From positions 1 to 38,504 of the forward strand of contig JBMORE010000011.1 in the NCBI GenBank assembly GCA_049322255.1: a stretch of 38,504 nucleotides of DNA, written 5' to 3'. The notes under the pieces were generated by a model. The model did no database searches and had not been told where the DNA came from. It saw only the letters and a list, made by a program, of their open reading frames with translations. The stretch comes from Myxococcota bacterium. Lineage in GTDB: Bacteria > Myxococcota > Myxococcia > Myxococcales > Myxococcaceae. Below, one piece after another: positions 1 to 8,747 of the stretch (positions are counted from its first letter, which is position 1; every line of letters starts with the position of its first letter). The position numbers and the translations under genes are program-made.

Positions 1-2
1 GC

Positions 3-128
3 ACCTCCGAGTGCGCCAGCAAGGACGGCAACAGCTGCCAGGGGCTGAACGAGTGCAAAGGACAAGGCTGGATCACCGAGCCCTCCGCCGAGTCGTGCAC
101 CAGCAAGGGCGGCACGGTCATCAGCTAA
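3..128 (+). CDS. 3' end of a small Cys-rich peptide, BufA2-like bufferin-type metallophore precursor (5'-truncated by window edge)
   Basis: Manual translation from base 3: TSECASKDGNSCQGLNECKGQGWITEPSAESCTSKGGTVIS*, TAA at 126-128. The C-x-G-x-N-x-C-K-G-x-G-W...C-xx-KGG pattern matches BufA2-type precursors, and an ECF/NrsF pair lies downstream. Not in the ORF track. Confidence 0.7.
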   Translation, partial: TSECASKDGNSCQGLNECKGQGWITEPSAESCTSKGGTVIS

Positions 129-153
129 AGCGCTGCTCCAACGGAGGTGTGAG

Positions 154-618
154 ATGCGGGCACTCGGACTAGCGGTGCTGCTTCTGGCCGGCGGTTGTGG
201 TGGCCAGATGGAGGTGCCGGCCTCGACGGACGAGCTGGAAACGGCGCTGACCGAGCCTGGCCCCCTGATGCGCCCGGGGGACAACTGCCTGCGCTGTCAC
301 AACCCCCAGGGGCAGGCGAGCGCCAAGCCTTGGACCGCGGCCGGCACGGTTTTTCCTGTGGCGGACGCCGGCCGCGACCAAGGTCTGGAGGGTGCACTGG
401 TAAAGCTCACTTCGGTGGACGGGCAAACCGTCACCCTCGTCACCAACCGAGTGGGAAACTTCTACACCGACGCTGCCTTGGGCGAGGGCTTCAAGGTGGA
501 GCTGGAGTGGGAGGGCCGGAGCATCGCCATGTCCAGCCCTCCTCCCGCGGGCTCATGCAACGCCTGCCACTCGCTGCCTCCCGTGGGCGGAGCGCCGGGA
601 CGAATTCGTGTACCTTGA
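154..618 (+). CDS. Lipoprotein with two c-type haem motifs flanking a carboxypeptidase-regulatory-like beta domain (dihaem cytochrome c)
   Basis: Lipobox LAGGC; CLRCH and CNACH motifs; GGAGG RBS upstream. Confidence 0.75.
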   Translation: MRALGLAVLLLAGGCGGQMEVPASTDELETALTEPGPLMRPGDNCLRCHNPQGQASAKPWTAAGTVFPVADAGRDQGLEGALVKLTSVDGQTVTLVTNRVGNFYTDAALGEGFKVELEWEGRSIAMSSPPPAGSCNACHSLPPVGGAPGRIRVP

Positions 619-673
619 GCTGTCCAGGCAGCCTGTCCTAGGGGGAGCGAACGTCCTGATTCATACTCAGGCT

Positions 674-1234
674 GTGAACGCACCCGCGCGCGCCGAAGAG
701 AAGACCGAAGCGACAGACGAGGTGCTCATGGAGCGCTTCATTCAAGGAGACCAAGAGGCCTTCCGTGGGCTCTTCACCCGCTATGCGACGCCGCTGCGGC
801 GTGCGCTCTTACGAATGAGCGGCAGCCCCAGTCAGGCGGACGATTTGTTGCAGATCACCTTCATGTCCGTGGTGCGGGGGCGCGGCCGATTCCAAGCAGG
901 GCGCCGCGTCCGTCCTTGGCTGTTCGCCGTGGCCCTCAACGCCGCGCGGGACATGAAGCGGCGAACCCGGAACGAGCGCCCCAGTGACGACGGCGAGCTG
1001 CCCCTCACCGAGTTGGTCACGCCCCAGACGAGCGACCCGGGCTTGCAGAGGAGAATTTCGCAGGCACTGGGAGAGCTTTCCCAGCCCTTGCGCGAAGCGG
1101 TGGTGCTGCACCACTTCGAGAACCTCTCCTTTTCCGAAATCGCCGAGGTGGCGGGGTGCAGCCAGTCCGCGGCGAAAGTGCGCGCCCATCGTGGGTATGA
1201 GCGGCTCCGAGCCTTGTTGGAGGACGTGCGATGA
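674..1234 (+). CDS. ECF-family RNA polymerase sigma factor (start uncertain: GTG 674 or ATG 728)
   Basis: Region 2 (ADDLLQITF...PWLFAVALNAARD) and region 4 (LREAVVLHHFENLSFSEIAEVAGCSQSAAKVRAHRG); ATGA overlap with the next gene. Confidence 0.92.
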   Translation: MNAPARAEEKTEATDEVLMERFIQGDQEAFRGLFTRYATPLRRALLRMSGSPSQADDLLQITFMSVVRGRGRFQAGRRVRPWLFAVALNAARDMKRRTRNERPSDDGELPLTELVTPQTSDPGLQRRISQALGELSQPLREAVVLHHFENLSFSEIAEVAGCSQSAAKVRAHRGYERLRALLEDVR

Positions 1235-1851
1235 AACCAGAAGCGCTGCAGGCGCAGCTTTTGGAGGAGCTGGCCAGGCACCCGGTTCCGGAGTCTCCGT
1301 GGAGACGGGCCAGGGTGCTGGGGGGCGCGCAAGCGCTGATGGTCGTGGCGGCGGCCGGCTTCGCCTGGGCCCACCCGCCGCTACACGTCTTTGGGTCGGC
1401 GCTGGGGAACGCGATGGAGCTGTCCTTGTTGCTCCTCTTGGCTGCGGGTGGACCTCTCGCGGCTGTTTTGCCTGGCATGCGGGGGCTGCGAACGGCGCTG
1501 CTTGTGGCCGCGGGGTTGGCGCTGGTGCTGCCTTTGGCGATGCACAACGGGGTGGGTGCCGAAGGCCCGCTGTTCGCCAGCGGAGCTCCCTGCGCCGCGC
1601 TCTTGCTCGGATTCTCGGTGGTGCCCGCGGTGGCGGTGGTTTGGTCGGTGAAGGCCTTTGCTTTTCAGCCGCTGCGGGTACTCGTGGGCGCAGCCTCCAG
1701 CGGGGCGGCGGGGCAGCTCGCCCTGGCGCTTCACTGCCCGACGGAGACGGCGCCGCACCTGTCGTTGTTTCACCTTCTTCCGTGGGTGGTCGTCGCCTTG
1801 GTGGTGACGGCGGTGCGAAGCCGGGTGAAGAGCGAAACCTACGTGCCGTGA
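1231..1851 (+). CDS. NrsF/DUF1109-like multi-pass membrane anti-sigma factor
   Basis: About six hydrophobic helices; GAPC and ALHCP...HL..FH motifs; translationally coupled to the ECF sigma. Confidence 0.8.
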   Translation: MKPEALQAQLLEELARHPVPESPWRRARVLGGAQALMVVAAAGFAWAHPPLHVFGSALGNAMELSLLLLLAAGGPLAAVLPGMRGLRTALLVAAGLALVLPLAMHNGVGAEGPLFASGAPCAALLLGFSVVPAVAVVWSVKAFAFQPLRVLVGAASSGAAGQLALALHCPTETAPHLSLFHLLPWVVVALVVTAVRSRVKSETYVP

Positions 1852-1940
1852 TGGCTGGGGAATCTGCGCCCAGAGCCTGAGTGGGTACGTGGAGGTGGGC
1901 CTACCGGCACCCCGACTGCGGTGCATTCGAACCTCTGGCC

Positions 1941-3704
1941 TCAGCCCACCTCGGGCGCAGTGGCGCGCTGCTCGCGCAAGGCGACAGCGATGAACGCGAA
2001 CGCCACCGCGCTGACCGCCAGGTACGGCAGCGCGTGCAGCCGGGGGCCCAAGAGGAGCTTTCCCACTCCGAAGAGCGCTCCGTACACCGAAGCCACCCCG
2101 GCCGCCCACAGTGAGAAGACCCGCGCACCACCGCCGACGGGCTCGCGAGGAAGCCCGCACGCGTCCGCCACCTTCGCCCACCCGAGACCGCCCGGTCGCA
2201 CCCTCCGGTAGAAGCCCTGCAAGGTGGCTGCGCTCTCGGGAGCGGTGCACAACGTCACCGCCACCCAGCCCACGGTGGTGACGGCGGTGGTGACGAGCAT
2301 CAGGTACGCCCCTTGGAGTGGATGGCCGGGGTCGAAGACGCCCAGGGCGGTGAGGGCGACGAAGGTCACCAGCGAAAAGGCCATCGCCGAAATCTCCGAC
2401 CAGGCGTTGATGCGCCACCAGAACCAGCGCAACAGGTACACCGAGCCAGTGCCCGCTCCCAGCGCGATGAGCACCCGCCAGGCGCCCTCCACCGAGCCCA
2501 CCCGGTGCAGGACCCAGGTCGTGCCGGTGGAGAAGAAAAACAGCACCACCGTGGCGGCGCGACAGACGCGCACTGTCTGCGCCGGGGTGGCGTCGGGTCG
2601 CACAAAACGCAGATAGAGGTCGTTGACCAGATAGCTCGCTCCCCAGTTGAGCTGGGTGGAGAGGGTGGACATGTAGGCGGCGGCGAAGGCGGCCACGAAA
2701 AGCCCGCGGACTCCGGCGGGGAGCAGGTCCACCGCGGCCCGCACGTAGGCGGTGGAGGGGTCCGTAAGGCCGGGGTAGAGCACCACTGCCGCCAGCGCGG
2801 TGAGAATCCACGGCCAGGGCCGCACGGCGTAGTGAGCGAGGTTGAACCACAAGGTGGCCAAAAGCCCATCGCGCTCACTGCGCGCGGAAAAGATGCGCTG
2901 GGCGACGTAGCCGCCGCCGCCTGGCTCTGCGCCAGGGTACCAGGTGGCCCACCACTGCACGGTGAGGTAGGCGAGGAAGGCGGTGAGCGGCATCCACCCC
3001 GAGCCGCTGGGGAAGAAGGAAAGCGCCGCCTCGGTGGAGCCGTAGCGCTCGGGGAGGCGGGCCACCAGCGCGTCGAGCCCGCCCACCGCGCGCACGGCGT
3101 AGAAAGCCAGCGCCACGCTCCCGGCCATCGCCACCCCGAACTGGAGGAAGTCGGTCACCACCACTCCCCACAACCCGGAGGCGCTGGAGTAGAGGACGGT
3201 GAGCGCGAAAAGCGCGAGCATCGCCGCGAAGGGAGGCAGCCCCAAGGTGACGGCGAGGATTTTCACCATCGCCAGGTTGACCCAGCCCATCACGATGAGG
3301 TTGATGGGCAGGGCAAGGTAGGCGGCGCGAAAGCCGCGCAAGAGAGCCGCCGGTCGGCCGCCGTAGCGCAGCTCGGTGAGCTCGGCGTCGGTGGTGACAC
3401 CCGCGCGGTGCCACAGGCGCGAGTAGAGAAACACGGTGAGCACTCCGCCGGCGACCATGTTCCACCACACCCAGTTGCCGGCGATGCCGTGCTGGGCCAC
3501 CAGCCCGGTGACCGCCAAAGGGGTGTCAGCGGCGAAGGTGGTGGCGACCATCGAGGTTCCCGCCAGCCACCAAGGCAGCGAGCGCCCGGCAGTGAAGAAC
3601 TCGGCGCCGCTTCGGCCGGCGCGGCGGGCGAAGTAGAGCCCCAGCGCGCCCGAGAGCACGAAGTACCCCGCGACCACCCACCCATCGGCAAAAGAAAGCC
3701 GCAT
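1941..3704 (-). CDS. Sodium:solute symporter (SSS) family transporter
   Basis: FFTAGRSLPWWLAGTSMVATTFAADTPL, VVVTDFLQF, YVAQRIFSARSE, AAYMSTLSTQLNWGASYLVND; many TM helices. Confidence 0.93.
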   Translation of the reverse strand: MRLSFADGWVVAGYFVLSGALGLYFARRAGRSGAEFFTAGRSLPWWLAGTSMVATTFAADTPLAVTGLVAQHGIAGNWVWWNMVAGGVLTVFLYSRLWHRAGVTTDAELTELRYGGRPAALLRGFRAAYLALPINLIVMGWVNLAMVKILAVTLGLPPFAAMLALFALTVLYSSASGLWGVVVTDFLQFGVAMAGSVALAFYAVRAVGGLDALVARLPERYGSTEAALSFFPSGSGWMPLTAFLAYLTVQWWATWYPGAEPGGGGYVAQRIFSARSERDGLLATLWFNLAHYAVRPWPWILTALAAVVLYPGLTDPSTAYVRAAVDLLPAGVRGLFVAAFAAAYMSTLSTQLNWGASYLVNDLYLRFVRPDATPAQTVRVCRAATVVLFFFSTGTTWVLHRVGSVEGAWRVLIALGAGTGSVYLLRWFWWRINAWSEISAMAFSLVTFVALTALGVFDPGHPLQGAYLMLVTTAVTTVGWVAVTLCTAPESAATLQGFYRRVRPGGLGWAKVADACGLPREPVGGGARVFSLWAAGVASVYGALFGVGKLLLGPRLHALPYLAVSAVAFAFIAVALREQRATAPEVG

Positions 3705-3729
3705 CGAAGGAGCGACAGGCTAGCAGCCC

Positions 3730-4890
3730 TCACAGCCAGCTGCGCAGCCGATAGGTGAGCCAGGAGAGCACCTGCTCGAGCAGGGGCCGGTTCCTCCACG
3801 CCTCCAGCGTCACCTGCTCGCACTGGTAGAGGTCCTGGTTGAACATGTCTTCGGCGTGCGCGCCCAGCCGCGAATCCTCGAACAACGCATTCACCTCGAG
3901 GTTTCGCCGCAGAGAGAGGTGATCCAAGTTGGTGGAGCCGACGGTCACCCACTCGCCGTCCACCACCGCGGTCTTGGCGTGCAGCACCCGGCCGTTCCAT
4001 TCGAAGACCCGCACCCCGGCGGCGAGCAGCTTGCCGTAGAGGCCGCGCGCGGCATAGAGCGTCAGCTTCACGTCGGTGGAGGCGGCGAGGATGACCGAGA
4101 CGTCCACTCCCCGGCGGGCCGCCTTGGCCAGCTCCCGCAAGAGGCGCGCGGGCGGAACGAAGTACGCGTGGGTGAGGTGAATGCGGCGCTTCGCCGCCGT
4201 CAGCGCCTCGAGGTACGCGCGGCGGATGTCTTTGCGGTCGTGGTGAAAGTCGTTGCCCAAAAAACGCACCCGCCGGTCGGGGGCGTAGGCGGGCCGTTGA
4301 TAGCGGGCCTCGTCGAGGGGTGCTCCCTTGTGCCGTCGCCAGCTGTCGAGGAAGAGGCGTTCGAGCTCCACCGCCGCCGGTCCCCGCACCCGCACGTGGG
4401 TGTCGCGCCAGCCGTGGCCACCGTCCTCGACCGCGGCGTAGTCGTCGCTGATGTTGAGCCCGCCGGTGAAGGCCACCTTCCCATCCACGACGAGCGACTT
4501 GCGGTGGTTGCGCTGCCTCAAGCGGTTGAGAAGGTCGGCCATTCGGCCGGTCCAGCGCACGGGGCGGAAGGCGAGCGTGCGCACCCCGGCGGAGCGGAGC
4601 TGAAAAAGAAAGGGCTCGCTCACGTTCGAGCCCCAGTCGTCGTACATCAAGCTCACCTCCACTCCCGCGCGCGCCCGTTCGCACAGCGCGGCGGCGAAGC
4701 GGCGGCCGGTGGTGTCCTCGCGCAAGATGTACGTTTGCAAACAGATGGTGGCTTGGGCGGCGGCGATGGCTTCGAGCATCGCCGGGTAGGCCTGGGCGCC
4801 GTCGCGCAAAAGCGCCACCTCGTTGGGGCCGATGTCCACCTCGGCGAAGGGAGCGCGCACTGGCAGCGGAGGATTCGTCTGGAGGGGCAT
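3730..4890 (-). CDS. clsB: Phospholipase D family cardiolipin synthase, ClsB-like (no N-terminal TM anchor)
   Basis: Two HKD motifs (NHRKSLVVDG, LHAKTAVVDG), GWRDTH, GSTNLD; the likely start is ATG 4890 (MPLQTN), not 5205. Confidence 0.85.
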   Translation of the reverse strand: MPLQTNPPLPVRAPFAEVDIGPNEVALLRDGAQAYPAMLEAIAAAQATICLQTYILREDTTGRRFAAALCERARAGVEVSLMYDDWGSNVSEPFLFQLRSAGVRTLAFRPVRWTGRMADLLNRLRQRNHRKSLVVDGKVAFTGGLNISDDYAAVEDGGHGWRDTHVRVRGPAAVELERLFLDSWRRHKGAPLDEARYQRPAYAPDRRVRFLGNDFHHDRKDIRRAYLEALTAAKRRIHLTHAYFVPPARLLRELAKAARRGVDVSVILAASTDVKLTLYAARGLYGKLLAAGVRVFEWNGRVLHAKTAVVDGEWVTVGSTNLDHLSLRRNLEVNALFEDSRLGAHAEDMFNQDLYQCEQVTLEAWRNRPLLEQVLSWLTYRLRSWL

Positions 4891-4910
4891 GGGCGTACGG
4901 CGCGGAAGCT

Positions 4911-6482
4911 TCAGGGGCCCAGAGTCACCGTGACTTCGGTGGGTCCGGCGCCCGCGGTGCCATACCCCTCGACGAAGAGGAAGTAGTCTCCCGGAGCCAA
5001 GGTACGGCTGATGGACTCGGGGGTGGGGGGAAGCTGGTCGTCGCACGCCAGCTCGCTGCCACTCTCGCAAGGCGCCTGCCGCAGGTAGAGGACCGGGTCG
5101 GCCGTGCCGCCATCGACCGCCGCGGTGGTGATGGTCACCTGCCGGGTAGCGCTGAGGGAGAGCAGGTAGACCGCCTCCGGGCTTTGGGGCTCGAAGGGGT
5201 TGCACGAGCCGGAGTAGTCATCGCGCCCCGGTGCCGTGTCGATGACGAAGCGCACGGTGCTCGCGCCGGTGGGGAAGGAGATGGCCCGTGCGCCCGTGCA
5301 TAGGTCGTTGGGCGGGGGAGGAGTGGGGGGCAGAAGCTCAACGCTCACCTCGGTGGGCCCACCGCCGCCGACGTCATAGCTCTCGACGAAGAGAAAGTAG
5401 TCGCCTGCGGGCAGACTGGTGCGCTGGAGGAGCTCCGGGGAGAAGAGCTGGTCGTCGCAGGCGAGCTCCGCGCCGCTTGGGCAGGGAGACTCGCGCAGGT
5501 AGAGCACCGGATCCACCGTCGCGCCCACACCCCGCGCGGTGATGCGCACGTCGTGCGGCTGCGGCAGGGTGAGCCGGTAGACCAGCTCGGGCCCACCGGT
5601 GACGTCGTTGCAGCTGCCCACCGCCTCGTCGCCCGCGCCCGCGGTGTCCACGGTGAAGGTGGTGGAGGTGCCTGCGTCGGGGAAGGCGATGTCGGAGGCG
5701 AGCGCGCAGGTTTCGTTGCCCGGCCCCGAGGGGGGCGCCAAAGAGACAGTCACTTCGGTTCGTCCTCCTCCCGCAGCGCCATACGCGTCGACGAAGAGGA
5801 AGTAATCGCCTGGCGGGAGGCTCTTGAAGGCGAGCCGCTCGGGACCCCCGAGCTGATTTTGGCAGCCCAGCTCGGGGCCGGTCTCACAATCGGCCCGCCG
5901 CAAGTAGAGGGCGGGGTCGGAGCTCGCTCCCGGGGCAGGGTCGCTGGTGAGGGTGACGTCCTGGCTGGTGGACAGGCGGAGGCGGTACACCGCTTCGCCG
6001 CCGTTGGTGGCATTGCAGCTGCCTTGGGCGTCGTCGCGGGCGGACGAGGTATCGACAGTGAAGGTGACGGTGGACGCGCACGGCGGCAGTGGCACCGGGC
6101 GCACGTCGGCGCAGGTCTCGCCGAAGCTGGGCTCGAACCCAGCGTCGGGCGCGGCTTGGCAGAGGCGCGATGCTCGGTCACACATCGGGGTGGGGCAGGT
6201 GCAGTCGGCATCGGAAAGGCACTGCACGCAACGGAGGGTGGTCGAATCGCAGACCGCGGTGGGGGCGGTGCAGGCAGGAACGCAGGTGGAAGCGCCGGCG
6301 TCCACTCCCGCGTCGGAGGTGCCTCCATCGGGCGGCACTCCCGTGGGGTCGATGGGCCGGCACACCCCGTCCTCCGGGTCGCAGTAGCGATCGGCATCAC
6401 AGCGCACGCGCCGGCACTTGTCCGAGGAGCCGCAGCCGGCGGCGAGCGCCGCAAAGCCGAGCGTGAGGAGACATTTGCGCAT
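4911..6482 (-). CDS. Cys-rich surface lipoprotein with three tandem PPC-like beta-sandwich modules
   Basis: Lipobox LAAGC; Cys-rich N-terminus; three modules sharing TFTVDT..DD..GSC, E.VY.L.L, DP.LYLR..C..G.EL.C, L.PGDYFLFV, TEVTV.L. Confidence 0.8.
   Translation of the reverse strand: MRKCLLTLGFAALAAGCGSSDKCRRVRCDADRYCDPEDGVCRPIDPTGVPPDGGTSDAGVDAGASTCVPACTAPTAVCDSTTLRCVQCLSDADCTCPTPMCDRASRLCQAAPDAGFEPSFGETCADVRPVPLPPCASTVTFTVDTSSARDDAQGSCNATNGGEAVYRLRLSTSQDVTLTSDPAPGASSDPALYLRRADCETGPELGCQNQLGGPERLAFKSLPPGDYFLFVDAYGAAGGGRTEVTVSLAPPSGPGNETCALASDIAFPDAGTSTTFTVDTAGAGDEAVGSCNDVTGGPELVYRLTLPQPHDVRITARGVGATVDPVLYLRESPCPSGAELACDDQLFSPELLQRTSLPAGDYFLFVESYDVGGGGPTEVSVELLPPTPPPPNDLCTGARAISFPTGASTVRFVIDTAPGRDDYSGSCNPFEPQSPEAVYLLSLSATRQVTITTAAVDGGTADPVLYLRQAPCESGSELACDDQLPPTPESISRTLAPGDYFLFVEGYGTAGAGPTEVTVTLGP
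4914..6125 (-). repeat. Three intragenic ~400-bp diverged tandem domain repeats (approx. 5730-6125, 5320-5720, 4914-5312)
   Basis: Protein-level repeats; DNA motif cgacgaagag(g/a)aagta recurs near 4970, 5384 and 5788. Confidence 0.8.
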
Positions 6483-6635
6483 GCGCGCGAACTTACATGG
6501 ATCATTCGGACCACGCATGCGGTAGCCGATGCCCTCTCACCGTTGCGCCCAACGCGTCGACGCACACATTCTGGTGCGCGTACACTCACGAGGTTCAGGT
6601 GGTCCCGAAGGCCACCATGAGTGGAGACGCGGCCC

Positions 6636-8702
6636 ATGCGCGAACATTTGCCGGCGGTGGGAAAGCTGATTGCCGTAGCAACCCTGGCGGGGCTCGTCTC
6701 TACGCGCGAGACGAGGGCGGATTCGCCGCGCACGCCCCGACCCAGCGTTGTGCTTTCTCCCAACAAGACGCTGCGGCTCGATGTCACGCCCCTAGACTGG
6801 GGCGCCGCACCGCGTGCCCGCCTGGCGAGGAACACCACCCTCGAGCTGACCGAAGCCGCGAGCGGCAAGCGGCGGTTTCTGGTCGAGACCGACCTCGGTG
6901 ACCCCGACGCGATTCTTGCCGACAGCGGCCACGTGGCGCTGTTCTCCTGGGCCAGGGACGAGCAAGACAAGACGGCGGTGGTGCTGCTGGGGCCGGACGG
7001 CAAGGAAATCCGCCGCCTCGCTCCGTCGGAGTTCATGACCCCCAGCGAGCTGCGGGCCGCCGGCCGCTCGGTCAGCCACCTCAACTGGGAGGTGATGGAC
7101 TTCGTGAACGGCAAGTCCCCGCACCGCTTCGACGCCCAGAGGAAGCACCTGGTGCTCGGCGTGCAGAAAGGAGCGCTCATCCGCTCGGCGCGCGGTCTCG
7201 AAAGTCCCGGCGTCATCGAACGCCGCATAGACCTCGCCACCGGCAAGCTGGTGAATGGGCCGGACCTCACCCCGAAGACGGCGGCCGAGCTGGTGGCCCG
7301 GCTTGAGAAGGCGCAAGGGCCGGCGCGTGACGAGCTCCTGGGTGACCTCGCCCAGCTGCACCCCATGGCGCCCGAGACGCTCGCGCTGTGGCGAAGGCTC
7401 CTCGCAACGCCTGGCGGCGATGCCGCCGACAGGGCACTGGCGCTGCAGCAACTGAGCGCGAAGCCCGACCCACAGGACTTCGCTCGGTTTCGCACCGTGC
7501 TCTTCGATGACCGGGCGCCGGTGCAGGAGCGAACCGCGGCGCTCGGCGGCTTGGCGGCAGCGCTCGATGCCGCCGAACTCAAGCAGCTGTCGGCCTGGCT
7601 CGGCATGCCAGGGCACCCGCTGGCGGCGGCGGTTATTCCGGTGTTGACCCAGCGTGGCCACAAGCCAGCCCTGGAGCCGCTGCTCGGGTACTTCAAGCGG
7701 CTACCCGCCAGTGCCTATGAGCGCGAGCAGGCGCTGGAGAGCGCGCTCATCCTCTCGGACTGGCGCGCCGACGTGGTCGAGCTCGCACTCGCCGATTCAA
7801 GAAGCATTCCGCGCCTCGGCTTCCTGCTCTCGCAGCTGGGAGGGAAGGACCCGGCGCGCGCTCAGCCTATTGCGCTCGCTGCGCTGGCCAGCGCCGACCG
7901 GTCGACGCTGTCGAGCGCGCACAACATCCTCGTCGCCAGCGTGCACCGTAAGGACCCGCAGCGAGAGAAAAACTTCGACGCCCTGCTCAAGGCCGCGGCG
8001 GACCCCGGCTCGCCGGTGGCTAAATCGACGGTCCTCATCTGGAACCTGGCCTCGATGCTCATCGACCAGCAGCGCTTTGCCGAGGCCGAGGAGATGATTC
8101 CCTTGCAGCGCAAGCTCGAGGGCGAACGTGACGAGAATCCAGAGGTGGCGGCGCTGGCGCAGCTGGGCTTTTTGGCTTGGGTGCGCGGCGATGACACGAC
8201 TTGCCTGGAGATGGCGAAGAAGCTCGAGGCCGGGCCCGGAAAAGTCACCGCCTGCCGGCCCGAGTGGCGCGATAAGTACGGGGGCAACGCGCACTGCCAG
8301 CGCGACACCCCGGCGCGCATCGCCGAGAAATTGAAGGAGCGTTGCGGCGGCTCAATTCGCGCCCGCTGCGAGTTGGTCAACCGCTCGACGTTGGAGGTTA
8401 CCCTCACCAACAACAGCTCCGGCCGGATGGTGGCGAGCTCGACCACCGTAGAGCTGACATGGTTTCAGGGTGGCGAGACAATTGTCCTCAGCAGCCGGCA
8501 CCGGACGTGCGCGATGCGCGCCGGGGTCGACCTCGCGCCTGGGCAGTCGCTGAAGCAGCAATGCAAGGTGGAGGTACCGTGGGAGAAGACAGGCTCGTCC
8601 TGGCCGCTGCGGGCCGACGCCGAAGTCACGCTGTGGCTGTCAAACTCGAAAAAGGAGCAGTTGGACCCGTCCACACGCTGCACCGCGTTCGCGAACCCAT
8701 AG
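6636..8702 (+). CDS. Large secreted hypothetical protein: beta-rich N-terminus, HEAT/TPR-like helical middle, Cys-containing Ig-like C-terminus
   Basis: Signal-like N-terminus, Ala/Leu-rich helical repeats, TLEVTLTNNS and LAPGQS Ig-like strands; strong GC3 bias in this frame. Start uncertain (6621 or 6636). Confidence 0.6.
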   Translation: MREHLPAVGKLIAVATLAGLVSTRETRADSPRTPRPSVVLSPNKTLRLDVTPLDWGAAPRARLARNTTLELTEAASGKRRFLVETDLGDPDAILADSGHVALFSWARDEQDKTAVVLLGPDGKEIRRLAPSEFMTPSELRAAGRSVSHLNWEVMDFVNGKSPHRFDAQRKHLVLGVQKGALIRSARGLESPGVIERRIDLATGKLVNGPDLTPKTAAELVARLEKAQGPARDELLGDLAQLHPMAPETLALWRRLLATPGGDAADRALALQQLSAKPDPQDFARFRTVLFDDRAPVQERTAALGGLAAALDAAELKQLSAWLGMPGHPLAAAVIPVLTQRGHKPALEPLLGYFKRLPASAYEREQALESALILSDWRADVVELALADSRSIPRLGFLLSQLGGKDPARAQPIALAALASADRSTLSSAHNILVASVHRKDPQREKNFDALLKAAADPGSPVAKSTVLIWNLASMLIDQQRFAEAEEMIPLQRKLEGERDENPEVAALAQLGFLAWVRGDDTTCLEMAKKLEAGPGKVTACRPEWRDKYGGNAHCQRDTPARIAEKLKERCGGSIRARCELVNRSTLEVTLTNNSSGRMVASSTTVELTWFQGGETIVLSSRHRTCAMRAGVDLAPGQSLKQQCKVEVPWEKTGSSWPLRADAEVTLWLSNSKKEQLDPSTRCTAFANP

Positions 8703-8747
8703 TACGGGGTTGGCCCTCGTTTCCTCCAGAGGCAGCTTCGCTGTCTC

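Noticed and set aside
4891..5205. N-terminal extension of the cardiolipin synthase ORF
   Set aside because: It is an out-of-frame overlap with the upstream lipoprotein gene; the PLD-like sequence starts after ATG 4890.
4914..6125. Recurring DNA motifs as a possible CRISPR or non-coding repeat array
   Set aside because: The ~400-bp period and divergence match protein domain repeats, not identical short repeats with spacers.
6519..6620. Short palindromes (GCGTCGACGC; CGCAC...GTGCG) as a possible ncRNA or riboswitch
   Set aside because: Stems this short are expected by chance at this GC content, and no known RNA motif was recognised.
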